From: Somniosus microcephalus | Lineage: Eukaryota | Reading direction: 5' to 3' | Assembly: GCA_052327205.1 (NCBI GenBank) | Contig: CM126224.1 | Location: forward strand, 39,990,001 to 40,054,000 | Length of the DNA stretch: 64,000 nucleotides | In this document: positions 60,766 to 64,000 of the stretch, piece after piece | How the letters are laid out: each line of letters begins with the position of its first letter | Position numbering within the stretch: position 1 is the stretch's first letter | Translations under genes and position numbers: made by a program | The notes under the pieces: generated by a model | The model's input: only the letters and a program-made list of their open reading frames with translations | Databases searched by the model: none | What the model was told of the DNA's origin: nothing

Positions 60766-62220
60766 GGGCCAGAAATTCGGGTCGGAGGCTTCCCACGGGT
60801 GCAAGCCCCCAACCTGCACTTACCTAGCGCGCCTGCGTTGTGCTGTGGGCCCGCGTGGAATTCCGATCCTGGGCCTCCTCCAGCTGCCGGCGCGCAGTGC
60901 TTGTGTATCCCAGGGGCGCAGTTAGTTCGAAGCATCCCCTGGGATCACGTGGACCATGGAGAGCCAATCGTAGCAGGAAATCTCTATTGATAGATTTGAC
61001 AGGAAGGCCTGTCAAATCTATGAATAGAGATCGGCCCCAAAACCTAACTAAAACTTCAAATAATTTTTTTTTTTAAATCACATTTTTAAAATAACTATAA
61101 ATTACATAAAATAACTATTTTAAACAATAATTTTAATTTTTGAAAAAATTAATTACTGTTTTTAACAGGGCTAAAAATAAACTTACCTTTCTTTAAAGTA
61201 TTAAAAAATAATAAACCTGTGGAAAAAATGTTTTAATTTTACTTAATTCACTACTTACCTTGTTAAAAGCAGGCCTTGCGACTGCTTTTTAAGGGGGAGA
61301 AATTGGGTGAGTAGCGCCACCTATTAGCGCCTAAAGAGGCAGGCAGTGGCTGTAGCGCCACTGGCTGCGCCTCCAGCGATATTCAGGAGGGGCGCTAATG
61401 GTGGCGTTAGCCTGTTGCGCTGTGCCACCACCGATGACGTCATCGGTGTGCGCAGCGCCCCATTCGTGATATTTGGTAGCGAACGGCGCAGTTGCGCCGT
61501 TCGCTACCTGCGCCCGGTTCACGGGGCCTTACTGTGCCGGCAGCGGCGCAAGTTAAGGTGGAGGTGCGGGGCGGCCGCTTTTTTGGCGGCCGCCTGCCAG
61601 CACCTCCGTCCCCGACCTCCTAACCACCCCCCCCCCGCGGCATTGCCGGCTGTTTCCCGAGAGCCCGGCACTTCTCCTTGGTGCCGGGCTCATTTGCCGG
61701 CACTCGCGAGCGGGGATCGTGCTGTTGCAGGCACCTCACCCTTAACAGTGGGAGGAAGGCCTGCAGTACCGCAGTGTGCCGTGCCGCAGCGTGTGGCGCT
61801 GCAGCACGTTGTGCTGCGATAATCAGTTTCAGCGCCCTAAGAGGGACGCGGAGCGCCTCGAGCCTCGCCCCATGTCCCTCGAGGGGCACTGAAACTGAAT
61901 TTCTGGCGATCGGTATTATTCCGATCGTTGCGCTAAATCCTGCGCTCAGGCGACTTTTGCGCCCCAACCCAATTTCTAGGCCTAAAAGTGTAGCTGCTGG
62001 AGACTTACCCTCCCGGAGCAACCTGTAAAAAAACGGAAGTTCCAGGTGTACGCGCTGCCTCTCCGGTGCACGCGTTCGACCTGTGAACCCCTTCCTTTAA
62101 GGGAACAGAAGTTCCGGTTTCCAACGCATGCGCAGTGCATGTACGAAACCAATACTTTCGTTGGCCCTACGCGTGAGTACCCAGCGCGTACTCACCCGTG
62201 GGGACCCGAATTATTGGCCC
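60766..62220. mobile_element. Non-autonomous PIF/Harbinger-like DNA transposon (outer element)
   Basis: TIRs gggccagaaattcgggtc and gacccgaattattggccc (16/18 match); 3-bp flanks aat / act. Confidence 0.8.
61293..61982. mobile_element. Non-autonomous PIF/Harbinger-like DNA transposon nested in 60766-62220
   Basis: TIRs gggggagaaattgggt and acccaatttctaggcc (13/16 match); TAA TSD at 61290-61292 and 61983-61985; very CpG-rich. Confidence 0.82.
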
Positions 62221-64000
62221 ACTATATCTAGATTGTAATGAGAATGGGAGATAGAGCTAGAAGTATTCTGAATACTTGTGAATTGAATATAAATTTCTTA
62301 GAAATAAATAAATCACTGAAGCAACTATATTTTGGGGATTAAAGCTCGACATGAAATATTGTTTTTTTTAAAAATCGAGGAGTAAATGTTAATTCACACA
62401 AATTAAGCACTGCTGATGATTTAATGGTTAAATGCATTGCCCAATATATTGCTGAGCCTTATGGACTATAAGGTCCTTGGTTCAATCACTGGTCTCTACT
62501 GAATTCGCTGATCTTAGCCACGGCAGTGTTAGCGTGCTACAACTGGCCTCCGTGCTCTAGGCTAGGGAAGAAAGAGAAGAAAAAAAATCAACTAGGTTTT
62601 CTACTCCTGATCACTCTCCAGTGACCCCTGTCACAAAGTGCCATGTGCATTTTTTGTCAGGTGTCAGCTGAGATGTTCTCCATGTCAAACAGCCTCCCAT
62701 TGCTCACTGTCTGGCCTCACACATGAACAATAGCTACTTAGGTGAGGCACCAGAGCGTTGCCAACATCCGTGGAACTATACCCAGGAAGGGACAGGAAAG
62801 CATGGAAGAAAATTGAAAGATTGAAGTCCATTAAGGCAAAAAGCCCAAAACTAGAGCTGAATGCTGAGACATTGAATTCAGAGAAAACAATCTTGGTTAC
62901 TATCAATTAAAGTTAATGCATTCAAAGGCTTTAAAACCCAAAGGAAAGAGAAAATATGAATTAGAGATTTCCAGAAGACATTAGCATTCAGGGTCAACCA
63001 GTCATTTCAAGCCCAACTGTAGTTAATTAAGACAAATGTTTTGGTGCAGGCCTCAACTTCCCCACAGGGGGCTTTTTTGGAGCCTGAACTGAGCATGTGC
63101 AGGCTATGCGCGTGTGAATGCTGCCTTCACAATCCACTGGGCTTCTTTATTACAAAAACAGATTGAGCAAAGCAAAGCGTTTAAAGGAAAAGCTCGCTGA
63201 CTGATAACAGATCTGCTGAACAATAGCTTTCATAATATGTATTTCGCAATCTTCATTTTTCGTAAAGAAAATAAAAATGATAACATTATAGAGCCAGACA
63301 TAAACTGAATTAGGGTACTCCTGCTTGTGGTAAGACTATTGTTGCAGAAGGATAATTTAGATTCAGAACCGACAAGTTTTCATTTTAAAATGAAGGAATC
63401 CATAAGAGTTAAATCATGCTTCGTCTGCGGCAATTAGCATCAATTCTCATTTACCAAGGAAAATAAGCACAAGAAGATACTCATAGAACCAAAATAGTGG
63501 CCATCTGGGAGTGGTGGTGCCACAGGGTTTGATACTCAAATCCATTGTGGTACAGAGCGCTAAGGTATGGAGCTTTGGCCATGATAACTCACTGGGCCGT
63601 GAAAGGATGCTTCATCACAGGGAAGGACCTCCCTCCTGGTACTTACTGGCCAGGTTACCTGTCCATGCTTTAAGTTTAATAACGTACAACAGCATCTCCA
63701 GTCAGGTAGTTGTGCCATTTGTTTGCCTCTGCGGCAAAGTGACAACTCACAAGTTCTAAAAATAAAACCATCTCAAAACAGAGAGCCTTCAATTTGTCAA
63801 ATATGTGCACATTTTATTTTGATTACTGGTCTGACGCACTTGTGAAAACTGTCAGAAAGGAATGACACATCTTTAAGTCATTAACTGTAAGGTTGCTTTT
63901 GTTGGCTGTGGCAGTAACAATGTTTTTCTTAAACTGTAATTTTTTTCACAATTTAAACTATTTTACAAATCAAAAAGTCTTAATTTAATCTGAGTAGTTT

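Noticed and set aside
57264-64000. Next PAPPA exon (VTCTEGKW-like)
   Set aside because: I could not find a matching frame with splice sites. It is probably beyond the window, as is the exon upstream of 4050.

Overview
This is vertebrate genomic DNA, most likely a shark or other cartilaginous fish (inferred from the repeat families). The window lies inside one large plus-strand gene, PAPPA (pappalysin-1 / PAPP-A). Six internal coding exons (4050-4141, 10600-10796, 31634-31747, 34960-35095, 37160-37373, 57095-57263; 922 nt in total) have GT-AG boundaries and compatible phases. They splice into one open frame running from the Cys-rich GEECDD..GDGCS motif to the start of CCP/sushi module 1. The introns are dense with decayed retroelements (CR1, L2, RTE, Vingi/Ingi-like, tRNA-derived SINEs, one solo LTR), DNA-transposon MITEs (Harbinger-, Tc1/pogo- and hAT-type), minisatellites, and at least eight Penelope-like element (PLE) remnants with hammerhead ribozyme motifs. 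Most other ORFs in the track are repeat-derived or spurious. The most notable observations are: (i) a single TSD-flanked insertion made of a PLE hammerhead end fused to a ~300-bp inverted copy of nearby host intron, lying just upstream of an exon with a rare GAG acceptor; (ii) a second ~270-bp local inverted duplication; (iii) a 36-bp inverted repeat bracketing the CCP1 exon; and (iv) an 83-nt hammerhead-plus-AATAAA mini-insertion with a perfect TSD. Family names come from recognition, not database searches.
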